A stretch of 64,000 nucleotides of DNA from Eledone cirrhosa (taxonomy: Eukaryota), in NCBI GenBank assembly GCA_964016885.1, contig OZ024740.1, forward strand, positions 103,416,001 to 103,480,000. Direction: 5' to 3'. Below are positions 42,401 to 58,556 of the stretch, piece after piece. The translations under genes were made by a program, and so were the position numbers. Under the pieces are notes generated by a model that was not told the DNA's origin, did no database searches, and was given only the letters and a program-made list of their open reading frames with translations. Every line of letters starts with the position of its first letter. Position 1 is the first letter of the stretch.

Positions 42401-42981
42401 CGTCGTAGCCGTCACAATGTTGTCCAACGTGATCATTTAGGTCGCCTGCAATAATTATATAGTCACTGTCGGATATTTGGGAGGTAGTTAGCATCAGTGT
42501 CTCATAGAATCTGTCTTTTATAGTGCCGGGCAGTCCGGATTGGGGTGCGTACGCAGATATTACTGTCACCGTAGTTCTATTGAGGACAAGTCGTATTTTA
42601 ATTATTCTGTCGTTCACTCTATTTATGTCTATTATCTTATCTGCCCACTTTTCTGCTACCATGATTCCTACTCCACCCAGCCCATCGTCGTTTCCCACCC
42701 AGAAAAGCTTATAACATCGTTTTTTACCCTCAATGAATGTAGCAGACCCACCCCTCCACCTGGTCTCTTGAATACAACAAACATCGACCTCCTTACGTTC
42801 AAGCATTTTTACAACCTCGTTAGCGCGACCCTTTAGGGTGCCTACATTTATGGTACCAACTCTGAAGTTTTGGATTGCGTTTGGAGGGTGGGGGCGGGGG
42901 GAGATGGGGTTATGTTAGCCGTCCGCGGTCGAAACAAAGAGGAGTGCTCGCATTCTCGTCCACGAGGTGAATTTGTCTTTA
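39455..42981 (-). mobile_element. Near full-length RTE LINE family A (APE endonuclease, RT, PHD finger)
   Basis: ORFs 42276-42806 (IQETRW, SAYAPQ, GDLN) and 39839-42292 (SQVDY, YADD), split by one frameshift near 42285. (CAT)n tail at 39455. Confidence 0.97.
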
Positions 42982-46564
<3,583 letters not shown>

Positions 46565-46566
<2 letters not shown>

Positions 46567-46905
46567 GAGGCACATGGCTTAGTGGTTAGAGCATTGGCCT
46601 TGCAATCGAAAGGTTGTGAGTTCAATTCTTAGACCGGGTGATGTGTTGTTTCCTTGAGCAAGACACTTTATTTCACATTGCTCCAGTTTACTCAGCTGTA
46701 GAAATGAGATGATAGGGACTGGGGTCCCTATCATTCCACTGCAAAGTGGTCGTGGAGGTGCCACGGCAAAAAAGCACCCAGCACTCACTGTAAATGAGGT
46801 TGGTGTTAGGAAGGGCATCCAGCTGTAGAAATCAAGCCAGAATCAGTTCCCGTCCCACCCTTGCAAGCAGGGAAAAGTGGACGTAAAATGAAATGATGAT
46901 GATGA
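46565..46905 (+). mobile_element. tRNA-derived SINE, family B tail
   Basis: Near-identical to 26645-26990. Confidence 0.88.
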
Positions 46906-46909
46906 TATG

Positions 46910-46949
<40 letters not shown>

Positions 46950-48336
46950 GTGTTACAGTTGCGAGACAGTGCGTTGGGGAAAATTGTGATGTCATTTAGT
47001 AAGAAGTGTGTACAAGATGATAAAGGCACAGGTGCTGAAAAGAAAGCTGGAAGAGCCATTATGAAAGATTACTGAATGAGGAGAATGCATGTGAGAAAGA
47101 GACCCTACAGAGTGCCCAGCCGTACAAGTCAGCAGCTGTGCAGTAAAGCAATTAAGGATATGAAGAACCGGAAAGCAACCAGTCCATCGGGGATAGTTGC
47201 AGAGATGCTGAAAGCATCTGGTTCAGTAGGTCACACCTTAACCAAACGTATTGTAAACCAAGAAATATCCTTCCTCCGTGTGTAGGAAACATGTAGGTAG
47301 AAATTCATCCTCTGTCCCAAATCAAACTATGGGTACACGAGATGTAGGTTTTGCATATAACCACCGTAATAGGGCAGTAAACAAGCACTATCAAATTCCA
47401 GGAAGCTTAGGTAGATGCAGTAGACAGCTTCTGCTACCTGGGTAACCAAATTAGCAGTGGGCATGGGTGTTCTGAAAGTACAGTGGCCAGAGTGAGAAAG
47501 GGATGGAAAAAGTTCAGGGAGCTACTAGCTACTAAAAGCTTTTCCCTCAAAATGAAAGTTATACTGTATGATGGGTGCATATAAACAGCAATGTTGCATA
47601 GTAGTGAGGCCTGGGCACTGTGTGCAGGAGACTTGTGTAGATTGGAAAGAAATGAAGCTTGCATGCTATATTGGATGTGTAATATTAATTTACATGGACG
47701 GCAAAGCATAAACGAACTGAGAGAAAAACTAGGCATAAGAGGAATCAGATGCAGTGTGCAGGAGAGGAGATTGCGTTGGTAACGACATGTGATGCATATG
47801 AAGGATGACAGCTGTATAAAAAGGTGCAGAGCGCTCAGTCGATGGAAACCTTGGAATACTTGGGATGAGGTGATAAAAGCTGACCTTTCTCAATTGCACC
47901 TCTCAATGATGATGACACAAGACCCTGCCTGGCCAGGAAGACGAACTCCAGCGGTAACAGCGTCTTTCCTGCAGCGGGCAGTCTTGAAAGGCAATTTGTT
48001 GTTGGCAGTGGCGGATACAGGTTCTAACATGGGGGCAGTCTTGAAAGGCAATTCAAGATGGCAGATGACAACGTATATAGGGTATCCAAGCACGCGCAAC
48101 CCGTAATGTAAGCAGAAAACAAAAAGCTGCAACAAGTAGCACTCTTCCATTCACTGAGCTCATCCGATTGAGGATCTCTGACATTATGCAGTAATACAGA
48201 AGACCCACCTTCCCATGGGTGCAGGCCGAAGCTAAACAGTTCTGTGTGAGCAAGACATGGTCACCTAACCCAACTTGCCTCAAATGGGATCTGTCTAACC
48301 CATGCTAGCATGGAAAAATGGACTTTAAATGATGAT
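46950..48336 (+). pseudogene. Old degenerate RTE LINE fragment
   Basis: Frameshifted pieces (GIVAEMLKASG, MLHSSEAWAL, RRLRW) and an RTE-like tail at about 48300-48336. Confidence 0.8.
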
Positions 48337-48357
48337 GATATATATATATATATATAT

Positions 48358-48655
48358 ATAAACAATATGCCCCCACTCCCCCCACCGCAAGGTGGTCGTG
48401 GAGGTGCCACGGCAAAAAAGCACCCAGCCCACACTGTAAAGTGGACGTGTAGGCGCCACGAAAAAGCACCCAGCACTCACTGTAAATGAGGTTGGTGTTA
48501 GGAAGGGCATCCAGCTGTAGAAATCAAGCCAGATCAGTTCCTGTATGAGCAAGGCATGGTCAGCCGACCAGACACTGCCCACAACAGGACAACCCGTCTA
48601 ACCCATGCTAGCGTGGAAGAACGGACGTAAAACGGTGATGATGATGATGATGATA
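48358..48655 (+). mobile_element. RTE family C 3'UTR
   Basis: Near-identical to about 36885-37183. Confidence 0.9.
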
Positions 48656-51600
48656 TTATATATCTTTTTAGTTGCTTCTTACAAAACACAGATATATATA
48701 TATATACCCTTTTCCTGGATTAAGTCACTGGGATGTGGTTATACCGGGCATTGCTATCAGTGTTGCAGTCTAAGTAAATTTCAAGTTTAGTGTCACTAAT
48801 TTTATGTCTCAGTAGCATGCCGGCGTTTAGATTTGTTGACATACCCACCAAATCCCTCACACTCTGTTGTTTATAATTTTTATTTTAATTTATCTAAATC
48901 CCTAGCTATTGCAGTAGCTAGTCTAAATCTTCAAGTGTGAGGGTTTAGAAATTTACATAGCTTTCATTAACTCTTTAAATATGCCTGTTCTTTAATACAT
49001 GTGTGTACAACTACAATTTGGTTTATTCTTTGCCATCTCTATGTCTCATGGGATCATGGATCTACACACAGAAAGCCTTGCTTTAGTCTGCGTTTGAAGA
49101 GTGTGATAAGGTGATACTGAAGTAACACTTCCAGAGAATAGGTTTGAAGAAGGCTGTATGGAAAAACTAGTTGCTCAATCAGCATGTCCCAATACCACTG
49201 AAATATCATAATCAACATACAATCAAACATATTGAGTAATATTCCAATGCCTGGCTGCACCAATTACACACATGCATGCATGTGTGTGTACCTTTGATGA
49301 TTAAATGGTTGTAAGTTTTGAGATTTGCATTCAAGGAAGTTTATTGACCTTTCAGTATAATCTTTTAATTCTATAACAAACCAATTTGATAATGTGTTTG
49401 TTTACTTTTAAATACTAGCTAAGTACTTATCTTTTCCATTAAACTTGCTTTTTGTTGTCTTGCATTTGTAGATTACCTTATGTTCATTCTCAGTTATTTC
49501 TATAGTAATACTCATAGCAGATAATTATTTGCTCCCATACCAAAAACTTGTATGCATGTAAATCAATGGGGGAGCTTCTAGATGATCCCTACCATCAAAA
49601 AGTCGCTGTCAAATTTCCCTCAATTCACTCCCACACCTAAATACATAGGACAATATCGTTTCTGATTACAAAATTTGGGGGTGATAATATTAGAATTGTT
49701 TTGATTGTAGGTCTGCTGGATCAAGGCTAGACATCTTTTATATATGTTAAGTGGATATAGTAAGAAATGTTTCAGTCTTGCTAGATAAATTGTACTATAA
49801 TGTCTAGCTACATGAATCTGTTCTCATAAATTAGGAATTGTATGTATCTGTTCACTAATCTTTTTAACATTCTGTAATGATTTTGCAGAAAATATCAAAA
49901 AAAGGGTTTGTTAATTCAAATGTGAAAATTTACAATAAACTAAACACTAATATTTAATGTGATACAGCCATCGTGCTGTGTTGTACTTTTCAAGAATGCC
50001 TTTCTAATGTGGTTTCATATGGTACAGGATGTTAAAAGTTAAACTGTTGTGCTGGCAATTAGAGATGAGAGTTGCCTCTCCTGAATAATTGTCAGCAGAT
50101 AAATAGTTCTCTGATTAGAGGAAGTAAAGAGAGAAAAAGTAAATGAATGTTGAACTACCTTAAGACTATGTATATGGATTGAGTGAAATTTATCTAAAGA
50201 ACTATATGGATAGCATTGCATCATTTCTCTTGTATTCTTCAGTGTGTAGTTCAAAACTCTGTTTGAAAAAACTTAAGTCACAATTTAGGATCTGTAAAGA
50301 TTTGAAATCCGGAACTGAAGGTTTAAAATTAAGTAAAGTGGTGGACATACAAACCAAAATAATGCAGAGGTGAGGGGACTATTTGCATCTGTCAAGGACT
50401 TTTCTTATATCAATGTGAGAGGTCAAGTAGAAGTCCTCATACCATTACTCACAAAATAAAATGTACCTAGTACTTCATAAAGCAGGCATGCTGGTGTCTC
50501 AATAAAATGAACCCAGTTCACTGTAGACTGCATTATGAAGAGATGCCAAATATGGAATGTCCCTGACCAATTTAAGATCAGACCGCAATGAATTGTCCAA
50601 CCCATGCCAGCATGGAAAGCATGTGTAAAATTATGATAGCTGGATAGCCTCAAGTCTCTTTGCTGAGGGTATCATTTTTCAAGTTGAGGGATTCTAAGCT
50701 CTTCCTTTAATGATATATTGAAGACCTCTTCTACCTTACTCCTGGCATTGATATAAAAAAAAACTTCTCGTAGATATCACAAATTGACCTTAATAAGTAT
50801 GGCAATTAATGTCACTGTGGGAGGGCATATAGCTACAAGGTTGACGTATAATTTACAGGCAAATAATATTTCAGGACCATTTTTACTCAACAGTACATTG
50901 ATTTTTATCAGTTTGACTATATTTACAATATAGCTGGACATTGATGAACAATGAAGAATCCTTTACATGGTTAATCAAACTGCTAGAAATAATGGTCAGA
51001 TTTCTGTTGTTGCACCATATCATTTTTTAAATGGAAGGACACACTGCATAATGTAGCTCTAGATGGGAAATGCCCAGTAAAGATGGGATAATCATAGCTG
51101 GAATACTTTTGAATATGTCAGCTCAATCAGGACTGGTTAGGAATAATAGCAGTGATTTCTGTCACTCACTAACATGTAGGTTTTGGTTGAAGAATTCTTT
51201 GTACGTAGTAGTGTCAAAAGATCTCTTGTCAACTTCAAATCTTATATTCTTCATGAAACATGCATTTATATATACCTCAGGCTTTTACAGTTTCCACCTA
51301 TCAAATTCTACTGAAAGCATTGGTCCACCTATGACTATAGTATGACACTTGCCCAAGGTGTCACGCAGCTGGATGGAACCCACAACCACATGGTTGTGAA
51401 GTAAACTCCTAAACCACACAGCCCTGTCTGTATGATTTGGAGGAGATTTGTCTGCTGTCCTTTACAGCAGTTTGATTGACCACGTGGAAGCCTCTCTTAT
51501 TGGCTTGATCAGTTATATGTTATGGAAGTAGTTATTGTTCAAAATGGACCTTTCTAATCTATTTTCACAAAACGCTCCATTAATTATCTTAACTATGAGG

Positions 51601-53328
51601 ATATTCCTTTCTTTATATGTCTTTTATTAAAGAAGTGGCATATTTCTGATTCATTTCGTCTACATACATTACTTGCCTGGCTACTTTCAATCTCCCATCT
51701 ATGATTGGTGTATATAATGTCACTAGTGTCCACCCCAAGAGTCTTACCTCTTGGCTGATAATCTGGATATTATATCTACGACAGCAACATTATAAGTCTT
51801 TACATTCATTACCTGTGTATACTCGGTGTATTAATAGCATAATAAAATTAGCTTTGTCTCTGCTACTAATTACTTTGCCTTTCAGCGCTCTCTGGCATCA
51901 TTACCAATAAAAGGTTAGACTGTTAGTCATTATTCCACATTGTCCTTGTTCCACTCTCCTGGACAGGAACCAAACAATTAATAGTAAATGCTGCTTCCCT
52001 CACCTCCCTTCTGTCTATAGTATTTATATAACATTCTTAAAACCTATCTAGGCATGAAGCCACTTAAGTCAGTAAAGATATAAGACGACCATCTCACAGA
52101 TTATCGGTTCATATCTTACTGCAGTTGTTTTATCTGTCTGTCTCCAGATCATTATCATCACTCAAAATACTCAATTTTATGTGCTTCAATTTATCTTTTA
52201 GGAAAAGTGAAATACAATAAAATAGACTAGTGTCTTATCCATGGTTGTGTTTTCATCTGCTTATGGTAGAGATAAAATGGTTGATTGAGTAAAGTATTAA
52301 GCTATTACTTGCTCCAAAATGGCAAGTTCAAACCTACCTAAGAAATGTTATGCTTGTTTTACTTAACAATATATTTAGATCTTTGGTGAACGACTGAAAT
52401 ATTTTTAAAGATTTCAGTTGTGATCTTCCTTGGAGTTACAAAATATGATAATGTTATTTAAATACAAGTAGATAGGTTCAAAGTTATTCTGTGAGATAAT
52501 TCAGCTCATCTATAAAAGCATGCCATAACATTCATGAGTCTAAACCGGTTATGTACTGATACAGTTTCCCCAAGGCTTGAAAAGCAGTAAAAGGACAATC
52601 TTAAATTACCAGTGTCAGTTGATATCAAGCAATGCTGCAATAGAGTATGTTTTTACTTGTCTATAATTGTTGGTTTTCCGCTGTGAACCAAAGCTTGCAT
52701 TAATTAATTAATTAATTACAGAATTAACGACTGCATGTGACAAAAGATGTGCCAACGAAGCAAAAAAAATTGTGTTGGAGATCAAATACTTGGATTATAT
52801 TGTTGTCTTAGTTTAATACGTGATTTACATACCTGAGGAAAAGGACTTTTTTACCTTATATTTCCAACATATTTGGCAGTTGTGCCGATGCTCCTACAAA
52901 AAAGCAAAGAGAAAAAGTAACATTTCAAGAAAGCAACTGCTGAAATAGGTTCTTGTTCAACATCCTCCTCTATAATAGACATTGTGTTTATGAATATATC
53001 TTTAGTTATGGTAGTGATTCCTTGTGATAGCAAACACCTGATTTTAAAGAGTTCATATTTAAATTGAAACCTTCCGTTATAATTTTAGATAATAACCTTT
53101 TGTTATGTTCCAAACTCCAACTTAATGGTTTCCAATTTAGGCACAAGGCCAGCTATTTTGCAGGAAGAAAGTCAATTAAATTGACCCCATACTTGACTGG
53201 TACTTTATTTTATCAAACTTGAAGGATGAATAATTCAATATTCTCTCTTCTATTATGCTCACTCGAATAAAACACATTTTGTTTGTTTATATTTTCACAC
53301 TGATCTTTTCTTCTTTCTTTGCCAGCAG

Positions 53329-53451
53329 GTCGAAGAGGGGCTGGATCACGTCCCTCAAGTGATGATGAAGTTGACACGCCTGATAACCAAAGTGTTGTCA
53401 GTTCCATATCAGATGATGGTTACTTTCATCCCATTGCTGAAGAAGGACATG
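53329..53451 (+). CDS. IFRD1: Interferon-related developmental regulator (IFRD1/2-like), internal exon
   Basis: Polypyrimidine tract and CAGCAG acceptor, GTATGT donor. Phase 1-1, encoding RRGAGSRPSSDDEVDTPDNQSVVSSISDDGYFHPIAEEGH. Splices in frame to the next two exons. Confidence 0.75.
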
Positions 53452-54139
53452 GTATGTTATAAGTTTTTTTTCTTTTGTCAAATGTTGTGTGATGGCTTAA
53501 ACCAGACATGACAACCTGCCTAATGCTGGTGCCACAATAAAATGCACTTGGTAGAGTGGGAGAATGTGTGTAAGCATGATGCAGGCTCGCAGTCCTGAGT
53601 GATCAGTAGTTCTGCTTGAGTATTGAGTTGGTATGTAATGAGCTGTCCCACCCTTACTACTGGGGAGAATTAAATGATGGTGATAAGATGAATGGACATC
53701 CATCACTTTTGACAATGAGTGTTCCAGTTCAATCAACAGAATGGCCTAGTTGTTGGATTGGGATGTATATGGCTGAGTATTCAATAGATATGTGTACCCC
53801 TAATATGAGGTAGATTCAGTGCAGTCCATTCTACTTGCTTCAATCTACCCAATTTCACGAACATAGCTTGAGTCAACTTGTCCAAGATGCCACTGAGTGG
53901 CACCGAACCAAGAATCTCAGGATTATAAAGTGAACTATATAACCATTTCACTATGTTGGGTTTTTTAGCTATATATATATATATATAAATGTGTATATAT
54001 ATAAATGGAAAAGAATGAAACAAAATTTCATTTCTCATCAGTACGGCTGATACTTAAATGTAAGTATGTATGTATACGTACATACATATATGTATACAGG
54101 CGTACAGTAGTATGTATATATATATACATACATCCACAC

Positions 54140-54650
54140 ATATATATATGTACGTATGAGTTCACCGAACACTTATTATAATGTTCGGTTTGTTTGTAAA
54201 CAAACAAACAGCCCGAATTACGCCATTCAGTGTTCAGGCAACCATCGTCGCCTTTTTGTTCAACACTGACACAGGAACGATGTACTAGTTTCAAGCTTAT
54301 TAGCTATCGTCAGCATCGTATACCTTCCTGCCAGATGATTGAACGTCTGAAAGTATATACTTTCCTTATGCATATTAACGGCCGAAAGTATATACTTTTC
54401 TTATGCATATTAACAGCCGTTAATATGCATACGGAAAGTATATACTTTCAGACGTTCAATCATCTGGCAGGAAGGTATATGATGCTGACGATAGGTAATA
54501 AGCTTGAAACTAGTACATCGTTCCTGTGTCAGTGTTGAACAAAAAGGCAACGATGGTTGCCTGAACACTGTACGGCGTAATTCGGGCTGTTTGTTTGTTT
54601 ACAAACCGAACATTATAAGTGTTTGGTAAACCCATACGTACATATATATA
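54140..54650. repeat. Long near-perfect inverted repeat with a hammerhead in each arm
   Basis: Arms of about 240 bp are reverse complements. Hammerheads at 54277-54319 (-) and 54479-54521 (+). Confidence 0.9.
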
Positions 54651-54777
54651 TGTGTGTGCATGTATGTATACATATACATGCATACTTACATTTTTGTATA
54701 TATAAATGTATATATATATATATATATAAATCATCATCATCATCACCATTTTATATATATATATATATATATATATC

Positions 54778-55125
54778 ATCATCATCACACGTCCGTTCTT
54801 CCACGCTAGCATGGGTTAGACGGGTTGTCCTGTTGTGGGCAGTGTCCGGTCGGCTGACCTTGTCTTGCTCATACGGGAACTGATTCTGAATTGATTTCTA
54901 CAGCTGGATGCCCTTCCTAACACCAACCTCATTTACAGTGCTGGGTGCTTTTTTGCAGTGGAATGATAGGGACCCCAGTCCTATCATCTCCTTTCTACAG
55001 CTGAGTAAACTGGAGCAATGTGAAATAAAGTGTCTTGCTCAAGGAAACAACACATCACCCGGTCCGAGAATTGAACTCACAGCCTTTCGATTGCAAGCCG
55101 AATGCTCTAACCACTAAGCCATTCG
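54778..55125 (-). mobile_element. tRNA-derived SINE, same head as 46565 but with a family C LINE tail
   Basis: A and B boxes on the minus strand at about 55070-55120. The tail matches 37060-37160. Confidence 0.85.
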
Positions 55126-55237
55126 CTTAACCGTCGTCTCAGTTTGTATGGCCTTTATAACTTATGTTTATTGCTCTGGTCTTTTTTGGTCCATGGAGCG
55201 CTTGCCAACACAAATGTATATATATATATATATGTAT

Positions 55238-56496
55238 ATCATCATCATCATCATCACCATTTTACGTCCGTTCTTCCACGCTAGCATGGGTTAGACGGGT
55301 TGTCCTGTTGTGGGCAGTGACTGGTCGGCTGACCATGCCTTGCTCATACAGGAACTGATTTGGCTTGATTTCTACAGCTGGATGCCCTTCCTAACACCAA
55401 CCTCATTTACAGTGAGTGCTGGGTGCTTTTTCGTGGCGCCTACATGTCCACTTTACAGTGTGGGCTGGGTGCTTTTTTGCCGTGGCACCTCTACGACCAC
55501 CTTGCAGTGGGGGGGGGGGGGGGGGCATATTGTCTGTATGATTCAGCTTGTACCCATGGGAGGTCGGGTACTCTGTATTACTGCGTGACGCCAGAGGTCA
55601 CGGTCGTGTGTCATTGCCTTTGAGAGGTGTAATTGGGTAAGGTCGGCTTTTATCACCTCATCCCAGGTCATCTTGGGTCTCCCCACTCCGCGGTTTCCAT
55701 CGACTTTTAGTGCTCTGCACCTTTTTATGCAGCTGTCATCCTTCATACGCATCACATGTCCATACCAACGCAACCGTCTCTCCTGCACACAGCATTTGAT
55801 TCCTCTTATGCTCAGTCTCTCTCTCAATTCATTTATGCTTTGTCGTTCACGTATATTACTATTACACATCCATCGGAGCATGCAGGCTTCGTTTCTCTCT
55901 AATCTACGTAAGTCTTCCACCTTCAGCGCCCAGGTCTCACTACCATGCAACATCGCTGTTCGGATACACGCATCATACAGTCTGCCTTTCATTTTGAGGG
56001 AGAAGCCTTTTGCAGCTAGCAGTGGTAGTAGTTCCCTAAACTTCTTCCATCCTAGTTATTGTACTTTCTGAACACCCACCTCCGCTGCTAATTCGGTCAC
56101 CTAGGTAGCAGAAGCTGTCTACTGTTTCTACAGAGCCCTCCCAGAGATTGGTGGTACTTGTTTCCTGTGGCTGTTTGCTGCTTGCTGTCCCAGCACAGCT
56201 GCTGCATGTGAAGCCTACATTCTTAATTAAGCTTCCTGAGATCCCGCTACATCTCTTGTGTACCCATTGTTTGCATTTGGGGCAGAGAATGGAGTTCCTA
56301 CCTACACCTTTCCTACATACTGAGCAAGGCCATTTCCCTGAGGGGATCTGGGTTCTGTTTTCTCGTCTACTTACAAGGACCTTAGTCTTTGTCATGTTGA
56401 CTTTGAGACCCTTTCTTTCTAGTCCCTGCTTCCAAGTTTGGAATTTCTTCTCTAGTTCTACCATAGATTCAGCTATAAGTGCGAGGTCATCAGCAT
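55238..56496 (-). mobile_element. 5'-truncated RTE LINE family C
   Basis: ORF pieces 55543-55992 and 56036-56464. Begins at YADD. (CAT)n tail. Confidence 0.92.
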
Positions 56497-56544
56497 AATA
56501 TATACGATATTAACAAATGGAAACTATATTTATAAAACCATATT

Positions 56545-56609
56545 TATTTCATTATACATATTTCAAGGACACCAAGTTAAATTATGGTGTGCTTTCATCA
56601 GATAAAATA
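56545..56609 (-). ncRNA. Hammerhead ribozyme in the Penelope pLTR (inverted copy at 60598-60662 has TTGATGA)
   Basis: Minus strand reads TATTTTAT-CTGATGA-AAGCACACCA…TGGTGTCCTT-GAAA-TATGTA-TA-ATGAAATA. Confidence 0.75.
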
Positions 56610-56907
56610 TAATATAGATCAGTTTTATAAATAAATATTGACATACCCTTAAAGAATGCAACCATTACTGTTGGAAGCTCCCGGATAGTGGAGTTATAAC
56701 TTGAATTATATTATTAGGTAAGTTAGTATTGGATATTTTTAAATAAGCCGTTGGGTTACGGAGAAAGAGAGAGAAAGAGCAGAACAACAGAGAAAAGAGG
56801 GAGAACGAAAAACTCATATCTTGTTGAGTTATCTTAACATTTGAGATGAAATGAATAAATAAAATTAGAAATGTTAATAATCATGAATGGAATATACATA
56901 TATAATA

Positions 56908-57802
56908 CTAGCAGTAAAGCCCGGCGTTGCTCGGGGTCGCTCAGTAGCTGTGTTAAAGTTACAATGTTAAGTTTCTTTCTTGGCTTAAAAACTGTAGTGT
57001 CTACTGTGCAGACTTGCATGTGGTGTTTTTGATTAATATTCCCTCAACCAACAATATGCCTTATGAAGTTAAGAAAACATAACGATAACCCGAATGTTAT
57101 AACAAAAGAGGATGCTGGGGATAGAAACTGCACTGGTTATTTATTAACAAAGATCGAAAATGTAAACACTGCAACGCAGAGAAAAACATTAGCGTAACCA
57201 AATTATCGGTTATGTCTGTCTGCACGCCTATATCACCTCTCTGCACGACTGTCTGTCTGCACGCCTATATCACCTCTCTGCACGACTGTCTGTCTGCACG
57301 CCTATATCACCTCTCTGCACGACTGTCTGTCTGCACGCCTAACGACGAAATATTTGCTTGTTTTACGTAGTCTTTAAATAGACTTGTTTTCAAGTAAAAA
57401 TATTGTTTTAAAATGCTTTTAAATGGAAATGAAGCAAGACGGAAGCTTAGTGTTCGAACTGATGAATTTTGCAGGTCAATATTTTGCTGGCTCGACAACT
57501 GTTCATGTATTGTGTTAATGTCATTTTAAACGCTGAGAAAGCCAGCGTAATTTTTTACGTAAGACGCTCAATGTAAACAGAACAAAGGGAAATAACTGAT
57601 AACTTACGCTCAAAAATCGATACATTATATTCGATTTCGTCACATAGGGTGGGTCAATTTGAAATATTTTTTTTCCGATGTCTTCGCTAGGGCTCAATGT
57701 ACAAGTATAGCAATTTCGGTGCAATTCCGTGAGAGATTCTAAGAGGAGATGTGTGCCAAAAATCGATAGACAGACAGACAACCACAGTTTTATATATATA
57801 GA
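56908..57802 (-). mobile_element. Non-autonomous Helitron
   Basis: Minus strand begins TC(TATATA…) and ends CTAG, inserted between A and T with no TSD. Subterminal hairpin CCCGAGCAACGCCGGG. Confidence 0.8.
57213..57341. repeat. 37-bp minisatellite (about 3.5 copies) inside the Helitron
   Basis: Unit tgtctgtctgcacgcctatatcacctctctgcacgac at 57213, 57250 and 57287, partial at 57324. Confidence 0.95.
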
Positions 57803-57927
57803 TGAGAAATTTAACCATTGTTTAAATATGATTAGATGTTTAGTTAATCAGTTAAATATTGAGATCAATACATTAAAAATTGGGATCTATATATTAAGAA
57901 ATCTATATATTATTATTAAGACTATAT

Positions 57928-58556
57928 AGACCCAGAAAAACATGGGACGAGCTGATAAATTCCGACCTCACACGCTTACACCTCTCCAAGACAATGTCAC
58001 TGGACCGAGACCTTTGGCGGTACTCAGTAATAGAGAAGACCCGCCTTACCTAAATACAAAGTAAAAACCTACTACAGTCAGTAGGCACCTCTATCAAAAC
58101 ACACCCCCGTCCCACCACCTCCACCCCACCCACACCGCCCCTTTCAATGTAAAGTTATGTTGGTCCCACAACATCCAGGCCGAAACAAATGAGATCGTGT
58201 AGGTGTCACGACAAAAAACACACAGTCCACGCTGTAAATGTGGCCGTGTAGGCAACACGGTAAAAACCTCTCAGCCCCACACTGTAAATGTGGTTGGTGT
58301 TAGGAAGGGCATCCAGCTGTAGAAAACCAGCCAGACAGTCCACGCTGTAATGTGGCCGTGTAGGCAACACGGTAAAAACCTCCCAGCCCCACACTGTAAA
58401 TGTGGTTGGTGTTAGGAAGGGCATCCAACTGTAGAAAACCCGCCAGACAGTCCTATGCGAGCAAGACAATCACTCTTGCCTCAAGTGGGAAAACCCCCGT
58501 CCAAACCCATGCAAGCGTGGAACACGGACGCTAAACCTGATGATGATGATGATGAT
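57928..58556 (+). mobile_element. 5'-truncated RTE family A, duplicated-3'UTR variant
   Basis: Same internal duplication and ggacgctaaacctgatg tail as 31691-32381. Confidence 0.92.

Noticed and set aside
48700-53100. Short ORFs as candidate IFRD first exon or another gene
   Set aside because: No recognisable protein similarity or convincing splice-site pairing by eye.
57213-57341. Regular 37-bp repeats resembling a CRISPR array
   Set aside because: Perfect tandem units with no unique spacers, no cas genes and a eukaryotic context.
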